From: Nibricoccus sp.
GTDB taxonomy: Bacteria; Verrucomicrobiota; Verrucomicrobiia; Opitutales; Opitutaceae
Length of the DNA: 64,000 nt
Reading direction: 5' to 3'
Assembly (NCBI GenBank): GCA_047602425.1
Contig: JASGHG010000001.1
Location: 3,424,001-3,488,000, forward strand
Shown: one piece after another, positions 48,153 through 57,690 of the stretch
How the letters are laid out: every line of letters starts with the position of its first letter
Numbering within the stretch: the stretch's first letter is position 1
Program-made: the position numbers and the translations under genes
Notes under the pieces: model-generated
What the model was told of the DNA's origin: nothing
Databases searched by the model: none
What the model saw: only the letters and a program-made list of their open reading frames with translations

Positions 48153-49155
48153 CGTCGGCGCGACCGGCGCTGTTGGTCAAGAACTCGTCCGCCTGATGCA
48201 CGAGCGTAATTTCCCGATGTCCAAGCTGCGGCTTTTCGCCTCGGCTCGGTCGGCGGGCAAGACCGTGGAAAAGTTTGGCAAAAAATACGTCATTGAAGAG
48301 GCCAAGCTGGGTGCGTTTGCCGGTGTCGACATCGCTTTCTTCGCCGCAGGCGGCTCGGTCACGAAAGCTTTCGCGGCCGACGCGATCAAGAGCGGCTGTT
48401 TAGTGATTGATAAGAGTTCGGTTCATCGCATGGACCCGGCTGTGCCGCTCGTCATTCCCGAAATCAATCCGCAAGACCTGACCAAGCACAAGGGCCTCGT
48501 CGCCAATCCCAATTGCTCGACCGCTGTCACGCTCATGGGCCTGTATCCGTTGCACAAGGCTTTCGGTTTGAAGCGCTATTTTGCCGCGACGTTCCAGTCG
48601 GTTTCCGGCACGGGCGCCGAGGCGATTCGCGAGCTCGAAGACCAGACTCAGAGCTACGTGAAGGGTCAGCCGATGAACAAAAAAGTTTATCCGTACCAGA
48701 TTTTCCAAAACTGCATTCCGCAGGTCGATTCGTTCGGCGCCGATGGTTACACCGGCGAAGAGAACAAAATGATGCTCGAAAGTCGCAAGATCATGGGCCT
48801 GCCCGCGCTGAAGGTTTCGACCACCTGCGTGCGCGTTCCGGTCGTGCGTGCTCACTCGATCGCGGTGAATGCCGAATTTGAAAAGCCCGTCAGTGTTGCG
48901 GCCGCCCGCGAAGCGATTGCCGCGTTCGAAGGTGCCGAACTCGTCGACGATCAGGCGACGCGCAAGTATCCGACGCCGCTCGATTTCGCCGAAAAGGTGA
49001 AGTGCGGCGTGGGTCGCATTCGTATTGATACGGCTTTTGACAACGGTCTCTCGTTCTGGGTTTCCGGCGACAACCTCTGGAAGGGCGCTGCGATGAACGC
49101 CGTCCAGAACGCCGAGCTCATGATCAAGAACGGCTGGGTCAAAGCGAAGGCTTGA
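48124..49155 (+). CDS. asd: Aspartate-semialdehyde dehydrogenase
   Basis: VGATGAVG, ANPNCST, QSVSGTG, CVRVPV..AHS and DNLWKGAAMNAVQ motifs. Confidence 0.96.
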   Translation: MNTSSLTVGIVGATGAVGQELVRLMHERNFPMSKLRLFASARSAGKTVEKFGKKYVIEEAKLGAFAGVDIAFFAAGGSVTKAFAADAIKSGCLVIDKSSVHRMDPAVPLVIPEINPQDLTKHKGLVANPNCSTAVTLMGLYPLHKAFGLKRYFAATFQSVSGTGAEAIRELEDQTQSYVKGQPMNKKVYPYQIFQNCIPQVDSFGADGYTGEENKMMLESRKIMGLPALKVSTTCVRVPVVRAHSIAVNAEFEKPVSVAAAREAIAAFEGAELVDDQATRKYPTPLDFAEKVKCGVGRIRIDTAFDNGLSFWVSGDNLWKGAAMNAVQNAELMIKNGWVKAKA

Positions 49156-49205
49156 GCCGGTTTTCCGCGAGATGCCGCTTGGCAAACGGTTGACAAACCT
49201 GCCGC

Positions 49206-49235
49206 TTGCCACGTGCATTTCGCCCGCATTACGTT
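49206..49235 (+). promoter_or_regulatory. Candidate sigma-70 promoter of tRNA-Val
   Basis: TTGCCA-N18-TACGTT ends 9 nt before the tRNA. Confidence 0.4.
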
Positions 49236-49244
49236 TTCTGGATT

Positions 49245-49321
49245 GGACGCTTAGCTCAGTTGGTTAGAGCATCTCGTTTACACCGAGAGGGTCGGGGGTT
49301 CGAGTCCCTCAGCGTCCACCA
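49245..49321 (+). tRNA. trnV: tRNA-Val (anticodon TAC)
   Basis: Acceptor stem GGACGCT/AGCGTCC, D-arm AGCTCAGTTGGTTAGAGC, anticodon arm TCTCG-TTTACAC-CGAGA, T-loop GTTCGAG and encoded CCA. Confidence 0.97.
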
Positions 49322-49456
49322 CCTTCAACAGGGCGACCCGGTAAAGTGTGAGAAGCCGGAAACGGTAAACCCAGCCCCTAAAAGTCCCTGAGAAACAGCG
49401 TTGCACGCCGCGCGCGGACTCTCCATTCATTTTCCTTTTATCTCCCATAACTTCGC

Positions 49457-49942
49457 ATGCGACACACGCTCTCAGTACTCGTTGAAAACAAATTCGGCGT
49501 CCTTGCGCGCGTTTCCGGCATGTTCAGCGGACGCGGCTTCAACATCGATTCGCTCAATGTCGCGCCCACCCACGACCCGCAACTCTCGCGCATCACGGTG
49601 GTCCTGAAGGGCGACGATGCCGCGCTCGACATGGTCACCAAGCAACTTCGCAAGTTGATCAATGTCGTCTCGGTTGTCGATTTTCACGCCGGCGAAGCGG
49701 TGCAACGCGAGCTCCTGCTGGTCCGCGTGAAAGCCGATTCGAAGACCCGTTCGGAAATCATGCAGATCTGCGACATTTTCCGCGCGAAGATCGTGAATGT
49801 CGGCCACGAAGCCGTCATCATCGAGATTACAGGCGATGAGGGCAAAACCGCCGCGTTTCTCCGACTCCTCGAACCTTTTGGCATCCTGGAGATCGCCCGC
49901 ACCGGCCTGCTCGCCCTCAAGCGCGACCACGCTTCGGCCTGA
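49457..49942 (+). CDS. ilvN: Acetolactate synthase small (regulatory) subunit
   Basis: ACT domain HTLSVLVENKFGVLARVSGMFSGRGFNIDSLNV and EIARTG. Confidence 0.95.
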   Translation: MRHTLSVLVENKFGVLARVSGMFSGRGFNIDSLNVAPTHDPQLSRITVVLKGDDAALDMVTKQLRKLINVVSVVDFHAGEAVQRELLLVRVKADSKTRSEIMQICDIFRAKIVNVGHEAVIIEITGDEGKTAAFLRLLEPFGILEIARTGLLALKRDHASA

Positions 49943-49993
49943 CCCGAACTACGACCCATCGCTTAATTCTTATCCCACAACCCGCCACTTATC

Positions 49994-51019
49994 ATGCCCG
50001 CTAAAGTATACACCGACAAAGACGCCGATCTCGGCGTGTTCAAAAACAAAACGCTCGCTGTGCTCGGCTACGGTTCCCAAGGCCACGCGCACGCTCTTAA
50101 CCTGAAGGACAGCGGCTGCAAGGTCCTCATCGGCCTTTATCCCGGCTCGAAATCCCGCGACGTCGCCGCCAAGCATGGCTTCGAAGTCGTCGACACTGCC
50201 GAGGCCGTCCGTCGCGCCGATGTCATCATGGTCGGTTTGCCCGATATGAAGCAGGCTTCCGTTTACGAGAGCGACATCCTCCCGAACCTTTCCAAAGGTA
50301 AAACGCTGCTCTTCTCCCACGGCCTCGCGATCCACTTCGGCCTGATCAAGCTCCCGAAGGACGTTGATTGCATCATGGTCGCCCCGAAGGGCCCGGGCCA
50401 TATGGTCCGCCGCCTCTACGCCGAAGGCAAAGGCATGCCCGCCCTTATCGCTGTCGCCCAGGACAAATCCAAGTCCGCCAAGAAGACCGCGCTTGCTTGG
50501 GCCAAAGGTATTGGTTCGACCCGCGCCGGCGTTCTTCAAACTTCCTTCAAGGAAGAGACCGAGACCGATCTCTTTGGCGAGCAGGCCGTTCTTTGCGGCG
50601 GCGCTTCCGCCCTCGTGCAGGCCGGTTTTGAAACCCTCGTAGAGGCTGGCTATCAGCCCGAGATGGCTTACTTCGAATGTCTTCACGAACTGAAGCTCAT
50701 CTGCGATCTTATGTACGAGTCCGGCATTGCCGGCATGCGCTTCTCGATCTCCGAGACCGCCAAGTACGGTGATATCACCCGCGGCCCTCGCGTCGTGAAC
50801 AAGAAGACCAAGGCCGAAATGAAGAAGATCCTGACCGAAATCCAGACCGGCAAATTCACCAAGGAATGGGTCAAGGAGCACAAGGGCGGCTTGAAGAACT
50901 ACAACAAGCTCCTCAAGAACGGGGAAAAGCACCAGATCGAAAAGACCGGCGCCTACCTCCGCAGCATGATGCCTTGGATGGCCAAGAAGAACATCAAGAG
51001 CGTCCAAGCCGCCTACTGA
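49994..51019 (+). CDS. ilvC: Ketol-acid reductoisomerase
   Basis: [38 protein letters not shown] and AYFECLHE motifs. Confidence 0.97.
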   Translation: MPAKVYTDKDADLGVFKNKTLAVLGYGSQGHAHALNLKDSGCKVLIGLYPGSKSRDVAAKHGFEVVDTAEAVRRADVIMVGLPDMKQASVYESDILPNLSKGKTLLFSHGLAIHFGLIKLPKDVDCIMVAPKGPGHMVRRLYAEGKGMPALIAVAQDKSKSAKKTALAWAKGIGSTRAGVLQTSFKEETETDLFGEQAVLCGGASALVQAGFETLVEAGYQPEMAYFECLHELKLICDLMYESGIAGMRFSISETAKYGDITRGPRVVNKKTKAEMKKILTEIQTGKFTKEWVKEHKGGLKNYNKLLKNGEKHQIEKTGAYLRSMMPWMAKKNIKSVQAAY

Positions 51020-51045
51020 GTTAAGCTCGCAATATTTAAAAATGC

Positions 51046-51086
51046 CAAAGGGCGCTGCTGGAATCATCCGCAGCGCCCTTTGTTTT
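51046..51086 (+). terminator. Intrinsic terminator after ilvC (possibly bidirectional)
   Basis: CAAAGGGCGCTGC/GCAGCGCCCTTTG 13-bp stem followed by TTTT. Confidence 0.8.
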
Positions 51087-51111
51087 AGTTAGAACAAATT
51101 ATTGGTTCGGT

Positions 51112-54033
51112 TTATGGGTGCCTTGCCCTTGCGGTCTTCGCCAAAGAGCAACCGCGAAGAGCCGTCAACAGGATCAGAATTCCGAAGAATTCAGTGGATG
51201 GCGCACCGCCGCCACCTTTTCCACCGCTGCCGCTGGATGAAGGGGCACCGGAGCTCGACGAACTGCTCGATGAAGACGAACTGCTCGACGACGAGGAAGA
51301 GCTGCTGGAAGACGACGAACTGCTGGAAGAGGATGAGCTGGAGCTGCTGCTTGAGGAAGAACTCGAACTGCCAGTGCCAACCGTGAGGATTGCGGGCAGA
51401 CTGGTTGCGTCGGGATTTACTCCATTCGATACGACGCAACGGAATTGATCGCCTGACATGCCCGCAGTGGCTCCCGTCACTTTCAAGGAGGAGGTGGTTG
51501 TGCCGGAATAGGCACCGCTATTGGTTAGGGTTGCCCAGGTGCTGCTGTTGTTCGGTCGGCGCTGCCATTGGTAGGCCAAAGGCGCATTGCCGGCGGCGAC
51601 TAAATTGAACGTGGCAGTACCGCTTATTGCGATCGTTTGGTTGGTGGGTTGGGTGGTAATGACTGGCGCGAGCGGTGTGGGATCAGGGAACGGATCCTGT
51701 GATACAATTCCGCCAGCCGATATGAGGAATGCCAGGACGCCCTGAGCGCTCGCTTGAAATGTTATCCCACTCGAAATCGTGACGGTGGTTTCGGTTCCGG
51801 AAACGGCCGCGATAATATTGTATCCCGTGTTGGGAGTAAGATCGGGCAAGACAACGCGATTAAGCGCAGTGGGAATTTTAAATGACAGTGGAAGTCCCGG
51901 CGCCGTCCCGGTTTTCGAGAACAGCGAGCAAAGGCCCGAACCATCGGGATAGGATAAATAGGCGCCTTCAACCGCACCGGAAACGACGCTGCCATTTGTT
52001 GTGGTCAGAGGACGCGCAGTGGCTGCTTGAACTGCTGAAGCGGCGGCATCGAACGCGGTGAGCCAGTTGTTGCTGGTAGCGGCCGGAGGACGAACTTCGA
52101 GACGATAGATTTTGCTGCTATTGGCTAGGTTCACCAATTGCACAGTATGGTTTTCGGGTAGCAAGGTGCTCACCCGGCCTCGGTAGAGCGGAGCGGAGGC
52201 ATAGATACCGGTATTGTCAATTACATCATAGCGAGTGGTTCCGCTGGCCGCGCCAGCTTGAGCAATCGGAGTCCGCATGAAGTGAAACCCCATCCACTGA
52301 TTTGCGGCAGTGGAATTCACGGTCGTGCGATCGTACACTAAAAAATAGTTGGGCCGTACGTAGAGCACTTCACGCGTCCAACCGGTGATTGGCGTGCCTG
52401 TCATATACATCTTTTCAAGGTTTATGCCGCGCATCACCACGTACGATCCAGTATCCTCAAAATGATTGAGAGAGGTGGTGGTGTCGCCGGGTCCATAGCT
52501 GTACTGTCCCCAGTAGCCACTGTTTCGCGCGGCGATGAAGGTGTTGTAGATACGGCGGCCATTGTACACGCCGTCAGTCTGTGTGCCGTAGGTTTCGGCA
52601 TATAAAAAATCGAACCACCCGTTAGAGTCATTTGTTCCAGGCGAGTTGCGCATGAAGGCTCCCCACGTATTGACGAGGAACTGTACGCCGCCGCGCTTGA
52701 TCGTGAGCGCTCCTTGGTCGAAGAATTGCTCACCCGCGCCGGCATAGCCGGTATACGGTCCCGACTGGAAGGCGGCCCAAACCGAGTTTGTCGTCCAGTT
52801 GCCGCGCATCGCAACCTGGCCATCTCCATTGGTTCGGTAGGAGCGCGTAATTTTATAGTCGGTCTCGGGCGCCGTGTTGTTCCAATGCAGAAACTCCGCC
52901 CAGGGCGCGGCTTTGTCGCCGGTCGACGTACGGATTTCCCTGGCGTATCTTTGTATCTCGGGCGATGTCGTGCCTCCGCTGATGCGGAGCAGGCCTGCGT
53001 ACTCGGTGGACCAATGAGCTTCGGCCGAGGTGGGATTGTCGCTTTCGTAGACAAAGCCACGGTCATCCACAGTCTGCAAATCGGGCCAGGTAAAGTGGGC
53101 CATCCACAGTGCGTGCCCTTCAGGATAAGCGAAGGGCTTTGCGGTGTCGTGCAACAGGTCCAACCCCTTGGCGGTCTGCGCGGCGACAATCGGACGCAAC
53201 ATGTTGAGCGTGCCGTTGGGGCCGTAATTCCAACCCTCAGGCCAGCCACCACCCGAAAGCCATTGGGAATAGTGCGGCTGCACCAGGCCATAGTGCAGGC
53301 GATTGAGCCAGTCGTCCCACATTGCGGCGGCCTTGGGATTGTCGCCTTCGGTCGCGAGCGCGGCGAGGCCCTTGGCGCAATAGTATCCCGCAAAATAATT
53401 ACCCTGTGGATGCCCACGGCCAAAGCCGCTGGTGTCGAACCATTCGGTCCATCTATTTATTTCGGTATAAATCTGCGTGCGATCGGCGTCGCTTAAAACA
53501 TCGTAGAGCCAATCATAGCCAATGGCGAGCGCCGGCACGTAGGCGCGAATGGACCAGCCGGAGTCTGTACTCTCGCGGCCGTGATGCACCGGGTCGGACA
53601 AAGCGAGCAGCAACTCACGGCCTTTGGCAGCATAGTTGGTTGCGCGCGTGGCATCGACGGTCTTGGCCACCTGATAACCAAGTGCGAGGGTGAACGCGGG
53701 CTCTAGGTAGTCGAAATATTGATAGCCGCCGGAAATGACGTTGCCGCTCGGGCCCGTGCCATCCGGAAACTGCACGCCTTTGGCGGCGAGCGAATCGCAG
53801 GTATTGCGCAACGTGATCCATGCACTGTCGGAAGCGGCGGCCCGCGTGCGCAGCGCTGCAATCGAAGTGGGCGTAAGCCACAAGCGAGGATGTGCGGTGG
53901 CAGCCTCGCTCAAACTCGTCGCCAAAACTAAAAAGAATGCAGGGCAAACGAGCAGGCGAAACACCTGGGATAAGAAGCCGCACCTACTCCAGGCGCTGAG
54001 ATCGATTGCTGGACGGGATTTTTGAATATTCAT
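51112..54033 (-). CDS. Secreted heparinase II/III-like (alpha/alpha toroid plus beta-sandwich) protein with Ig, poly-Ser and Gly-rich TM tail
   Basis: HPRLWLT, ALAIGYDWLY, GGGWPEGWNYG, MRGNW, DQG, YFLVYDR motifs; ITTQP..YQW Ig; about 40 Ser; KGGGGAPS-TM-basic tail. Confidence 0.8.
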   Translation of the reverse strand: MNIQKSRPAIDLSAWSRCGFLSQVFRLLVCPAFFLVLATSLSEAATAHPRLWLTPTSIAALRTRAAASDSAWITLRNTCDSLAAKGVQFPDGTGPSGNVISGGYQYFDYLEPAFTLALGYQVAKTVDATRATNYAAKGRELLLALSDPVHHGRESTDSGWSIRAYVPALAIGYDWLYDVLSDADRTQIYTEINRWTEWFDTSGFGRGHPQGNYFAGYYCAKGLAALATEGDNPKAAAMWDDWLNRLHYGLVQPHYSQWLSGGGWPEGWNYGPNGTLNMLRPIVAAQTAKGLDLLHDTAKPFAYPEGHALWMAHFTWPDLQTVDDRGFVYESDNPTSAEAHWSTEYAGLLRISGGTTSPEIQRYAREIRTSTGDKAAPWAEFLHWNNTAPETDYKITRSYRTNGDGQVAMRGNWTTNSVWAAFQSGPYTGYAGAGEQFFDQGALTIKRGGVQFLVNTWGAFMRNSPGTNDSNGWFDFLYAETYGTQTDGVYNGRRIYNTFIAARNSGYWGQYSYGPGDTTTSLNHFEDTGSYVVMRGINLEKMYMTGTPITGWTREVLYVRPNYFLVYDRTTVNSTAANQWMGFHFMRTPIAQAGAASGTTRYDVIDNTGIYASAPLYRGRVSTLLPENHTVQLVNLANSSKIYRLEVRPPAATSNNWLTAFDAAASAVQAATARPLTTTNGSVVSGAVEGAYLSYPDGSGLCSLFSKTGTAPGLPLSFKIPTALNRVVLPDLTPNTGYNIIAAVSGTETTVTISSGITFQASAQGVLAFLISAGGIVSQDPFPDPTPLAPVITTQPTNQTIAISGTATFNLVAAGNAPLAYQWQRRPNNSSTWATLTNSGAYSGTTTSSLKVTGATAGMSGDQFRCVVSNGVNPDATSLPAILTVGTGSSSSSSSSSSSSSSSSSSSSSSSSSSSSSSSSSSSSSSSSGAPSSSGSGGKGGGGAPSTEFFGILILLTALRGCSLAKTARARHP

Positions 54034-54054
54034 GATATTGAACCGAAAGATTTG

Positions 54055-56388
54055 CTACGAACGAGGGTTCTTCGTGATAACGAACCTTCGTATTGGTACC
54101 AGGAGAACCAGCGCGGCGAAATACCAGCAGGACGGAGCGCCGCCGCCTTTGCCACCAGTAGCGCCGCTGCTTCCACTCGATGAAGAAGCGCCCGAGCTCG
54201 ATGAACTGCTCGAGGACGACGATGAACTACTGGAAGGGGACGAACCGCTTGATGAAGATGACGAGCTGCTCGACGAGGAGGAACTACTGGAAGACGACGA
54301 GGAACTGCTGGAGGAAGATGAAGAGCTGGAACTGCTGCTGGAGGACGAAATGACGGTGACGGTTGCTGTGGCGGTTTTGGTTGGATCGGCTACACTCTTG
54401 GCGGTGACGTGGTAGGAGCCGGTGATGGCAGGCGCCGTGTAGACCCCGGAGGTATTGATCGTACCGCCGCCCATCTCAACCACACTCCAGGTGACGTTTT
54501 GATTGGTTGAACCGTAGACGATCGAAGTAAATGTTTTGGAGCTTCCCGCATTGACGTTCGCCTCTGGCGGGGTGATGGAAACGGAAACTCCAGCGGGTGT
54601 ACCGTCGAGCAAACCGAATTGATCGGCTGCGTTGACGGTGCCGGCTCCAACGGCGCCGATGTCGTTGCCATTCCCGCCCGCCAAATCGCCCGCATCGATC
54701 AGCGGGCTGCCGACGGCAGGCGTGTAGTATTGACGGTAAAGTTGGAGGATCTGCTTTACCGATAATATTCGGTTCCAAATATCAGCCCGGCTGAGCGTCG
54801 TATATCTCGGTGGCTGTGGTTGCATGAAACGAGGATTAACCTGTTCGTTGAGCAAACCGACGTCATTGGCCGGATGACTGTTGTCCGAGTAGTTACGGAT
54901 GGAATTGATTCCGGGGTTGTAGAATAGGTTGTAGTTGGTGGTTGTGTTTCCCGTCTTTGTGACGATGGGCGTGCCGTTGAAGCGGTAGAATACGTTGGAG
55001 TGGAGGTTGCCGGAAGATTGATCTCCGGCGATAAACGGAAATTGCGTCGCTGGGAAAGCGAAGCCATCGAGGGTGTTATTGTAGAATTGAACGCCGATTG
55101 GTCCGTAAATCATCCAGATGCCTGCGACGTCGACATCGCCTTCCGCGAAAATGTTGTGGTGGACAACCGCGTTGTCCTCGGTGATCCAAAGCCATTCGTG
55201 TCCTGCATTCAGCACCAGATTGTAGCGAAGCAATCCGCCAAAAGCCCGGATCGGCCACGAGCCGCCACTGATGAGGTTATGTTCGACGACAAGATCGGTG
55301 CTGGAATTCATTTCGAAATTATTGCCCTGGCTCCAGCCGCCAAAATAAATTTGGTCGGAAAGATTGCGCCGAATCTGAATTCCTGAACCACCAGTCAGGT
55401 CTATTCCCACACGAGGTCCGATCAGGATGTTGCTATCAGTATCCGAACCGCCGCCAAAGGTCCAATTTTTCCCGTTGTTTACCTCGATGCAGCTCAGACC
55501 TACATTGTTGCCCTGGAACAAATGCACGCCGGCTGAGGAGCCTTGGAGACGAATGCACGCGGTGGTTCCATCGGGTGGGGGGGCGTAATTAATGGGTAAC
55601 TGTGCCACCGGCATAAGCATGTTTGAGCGAAATTCGTTCGCGCGGATTGTTGCTGGTGAGTTGCCATTGAGGGTGAGATCGATGGTGTTACAGGCGTCAA
55701 AAACGCAGTTCTCGATGTCTACCGTTTGATTCGTGGTGATCGCCAGGCCCGCAGTCGTGCTGTCGAGAATGCCCAGTCCGGTGACATCGACGTATTTGAG
55801 GATAAGTTGTCCATTCCACGAGGGTTCTGAGCGAATTCTAAAACCGTTTCCGTTGATGCGAATTCGTGAGTTTGCTGTGCCGACTAAAGAATAGTTCTGG
55901 TTACCAGTTAGAACGATATCGGTGACGAGATTTATTGTCTGTCCGTAAAGGGGGGCATTATCGACGGTAATCAATGCAGCCTTGCTATCGAGAACCGCGC
56001 CTCCAACAAAATGCCCGCGCACCCAAATCCGATGCGTACCGGCCGGAATTCCCGACAGCGTGGTTTTATAGACCCAATATTCCGACGTGTCGCCGGGGAT
56101 GGTGACTTGGATCGTATCGTCGACCATCACTTCCACCGATGATGCGCGATTTTTGTTCGGCCAGTTATTGATGTCCTCCACCGCGGCGAAAACACGAACC
56201 GATGCTGGAGCCAGAAAATGTTGGCCGCTGATGGGACCCATGAGATGAGCGTAACGACCCGAGCCTTCCGACGGATTCGTTTGACCGAGGGCGGTCTGCA
56301 AAAAAGTCAGAAAGGCGAGAGTCAGAGGAACTACGTTCAGACAAGGTGGCAGCTTCAGGCCACGTGGGATAAATGGAAAAAAGTTCAT
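54055..56388 (-). CDS. Secreted beta-helix protein with Ig-like domains, poly-Ser and Gly-rich TM tail
   Basis: Signal-like N-terminus, Asn-ladder repeats (IRANEF, VEHNLI, VHHNIF, FYNNTL), SPLIDAG..DIGA, VSITP..VTWSV Ig, poly-S and KGGGAPS-TM-RR. The ATG at 56388 was chosen as start. Confidence 0.8.
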   Translation of the reverse strand: MNFFPFIPRGLKLPPCLNVVPLTLAFLTFLQTALGQTNPSEGSGRYAHLMGPISGQHFLAPASVRVFAAVEDINNWPNKNRASSVEVMVDDTIQVTIPGDTSEYWVYKTTLSGIPAGTHRIWVRGHFVGGAVLDSKAALITVDNAPLYGQTINLVTDIVLTGNQNYSLVGTANSRIRINGNGFRIRSEPSWNGQLILKYVDVTGLGILDSTTAGLAITTNQTVDIENCVFDACNTIDLTLNGNSPATIRANEFRSNMLMPVAQLPINYAPPPDGTTACIRLQGSSAGVHLFQGNNVGLSCIEVNNGKNWTFGGGSDTDSNILIGPRVGIDLTGGSGIQIRRNLSDQIYFGGWSQGNNFEMNSSTDLVVEHNLISGGSWPIRAFGGLLRYNLVLNAGHEWLWITEDNAVVHHNIFAEGDVDVAGIWMIYGPIGVQFYNNTLDGFAFPATQFPFIAGDQSSGNLHSNVFYRFNGTPIVTKTGNTTTNYNLFYNPGINSIRNYSDNSHPANDVGLLNEQVNPRFMQPQPPRYTTLSRADIWNRILSVKQILQLYRQYYTPAVGSPLIDAGDLAGGNGNDIGAVGAGTVNAADQFGLLDGTPAGVSVSITPPEANVNAGSSKTFTSIVYGSTNQNVTWSVVEMGGGTINTSGVYTAPAITGSYHVTAKSVADPTKTATATVTVISSSSSSSSSSSSSSSSSSSSSSSSSSSSSSSSSSGSSPSSSSSSSSSSSSSSGASSSSGSSGATGGKGGGAPSCWYFAALVLLVPIRRFVITKNPRS

Positions 56389-56755
56389 ATGCAGTGGAGT
56401 TGGGAAATGCGAGTGATGGTGCCACGGCATCCTTCGCGCAGTCAGGGACGAGAGGCTGACAACAACCCGAACCATCTGATCCCAATAGTTTCTCACGCTC
56501 CTGCTTTTAGGGGATTTTTTAAAAACCTCGCCGATTTGTTACCTTTAGGTTCTTGCAATTGGCTCAAGAAAGGATGGAGGCGAAAATGTGTATTCGAAGC
56601 TCGGATATCTGATCGCACACTTGTTTTCGTAACGGAGTTGTCTGCGTGGCAGGGGATTGAGAACGCGTTGAGCGACTGGCTACGATGAACAAAGGCGGCG
56701 AATAAATCGCCGTTTTCGACTGGCGGTCTTTCTGCGGCTGAACACTACTTTAGAC

Positions 56756-57616
56756 GTGTCCAAACTGATTCTAGCCACACGTAAAAGTCCCCTCGCGCTT
56801 GCCCAGACTGAGATGGTGGCGGCGCATCTGCGCGAAAAGCTCGGCGTCGAAGTCGACCTGCTGAAGATCGTTACGACGGGAGACAAACAGATCGAGTGGT
56901 CGCTTGAAAAGAAAGGCGGCAAGGGGCTGTTCACGAGCGAACTGGAACACGCGCTCGAACGCGGCGAAGCCGACCTTGCGATTCATAGTTCGAAGGATTT
57001 GCCCGGTGACATGCCGGCCGGCCTCGCCATCGCCGGCTATCTTCCGCGTGCCGACGTGCGCGACGTGCTTGTTTTGCACGCTGGCACCGCCAAACCAAAA
57101 ACAATTGCCACCGCCAGCTCGCGCCGCCGGATGCAGATTGCGAAACTTTTTCCTGAAGCCCAATTCACGGAAATTCGCGGCAACGTCGATACGCGTCTCC
57201 GGAAAATCGGCACCGATCGCCTCGCGGACGCCACGATTCTTGCCGCCGCGGGATTGAATCGGCTGGGCATCGGCAACTGGCCCGGCGTGGAATTTCATTC
57301 GCTTAGTTTTGAGCAAATGGTTCCGGCTGTTGGTCAGGGCGCGATCGCCGCGCAATGTCGGGCGTCCGACGCCGCAAAATTCTCCGCGGTTTTCGACGCG
57401 CCCACCGCGCGCTCGGTCACGATCGAACGCGCTTTTCAAAATGCATTGGGCGGCGGTTGCCACACGGCGCTCGGCGTGCACGCGACGGTCGACAGGGTTT
57501 ATTTGTTTCACGAAACCTGCGGCGTGCATCATTTTCCGCTGACGGCTGCGGAGGCGACCAACGCCGTTGACTACGCCCGGCAGATTTTAAAAACATTGAA
57601 GCTCATGCCCGCGTAA
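56756..57616 (+). CDS. hemC: Hydroxymethylbilane synthase
   Basis: ATRKSPLALAQ, TTGD, GKGLFT, HSSKD, RGNVDTRL, PAVGQG and GGGC motifs. Confidence 0.95.
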   Translation: MSKLILATRKSPLALAQTEMVAAHLREKLGVEVDLLKIVTTGDKQIEWSLEKKGGKGLFTSELEHALERGEADLAIHSSKDLPGDMPAGLAIAGYLPRADVRDVLVLHAGTAKPKTIATASSRRRMQIAKLFPEAQFTEIRGNVDTRLRKIGTDRLADATILAAAGLNRLGIGNWPGVEFHSLSFEQMVPAVGQGAIAAQCRASDAAKFSAVFDAPTARSVTIERAFQNALGGGCHTALGVHATVDRVYLFHETCGVHHFPLTAAEATNAVDYARQILKTLKLMPA

Positions 57617-57690
57617 ATATTCGCGGTTGCGGGTGTACTTCTGGTGAGCGGCGAATGCCGGGTTGAAAGCCGCCGACCACAACAGGCTCG

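Noticed and set aside
49245..49460. tRNA as an integration site for an island
   Set aside because: No integrase, and no duplicated tRNA 3' end was seen in the window.
51194..54415. Acidic D/E/L-rich ORFs on the + strand (51194-51448, 54032-54415, 45053-45253)
   Set aside because: They are antisense read-outs of the poly-Ser tracts.
56390..56520. Possible riboswitch in the leader of the beta-helix gene
   Set aside because: No recognisable consensus of a known riboswitch; an Infernal/Rfam scan would be needed.
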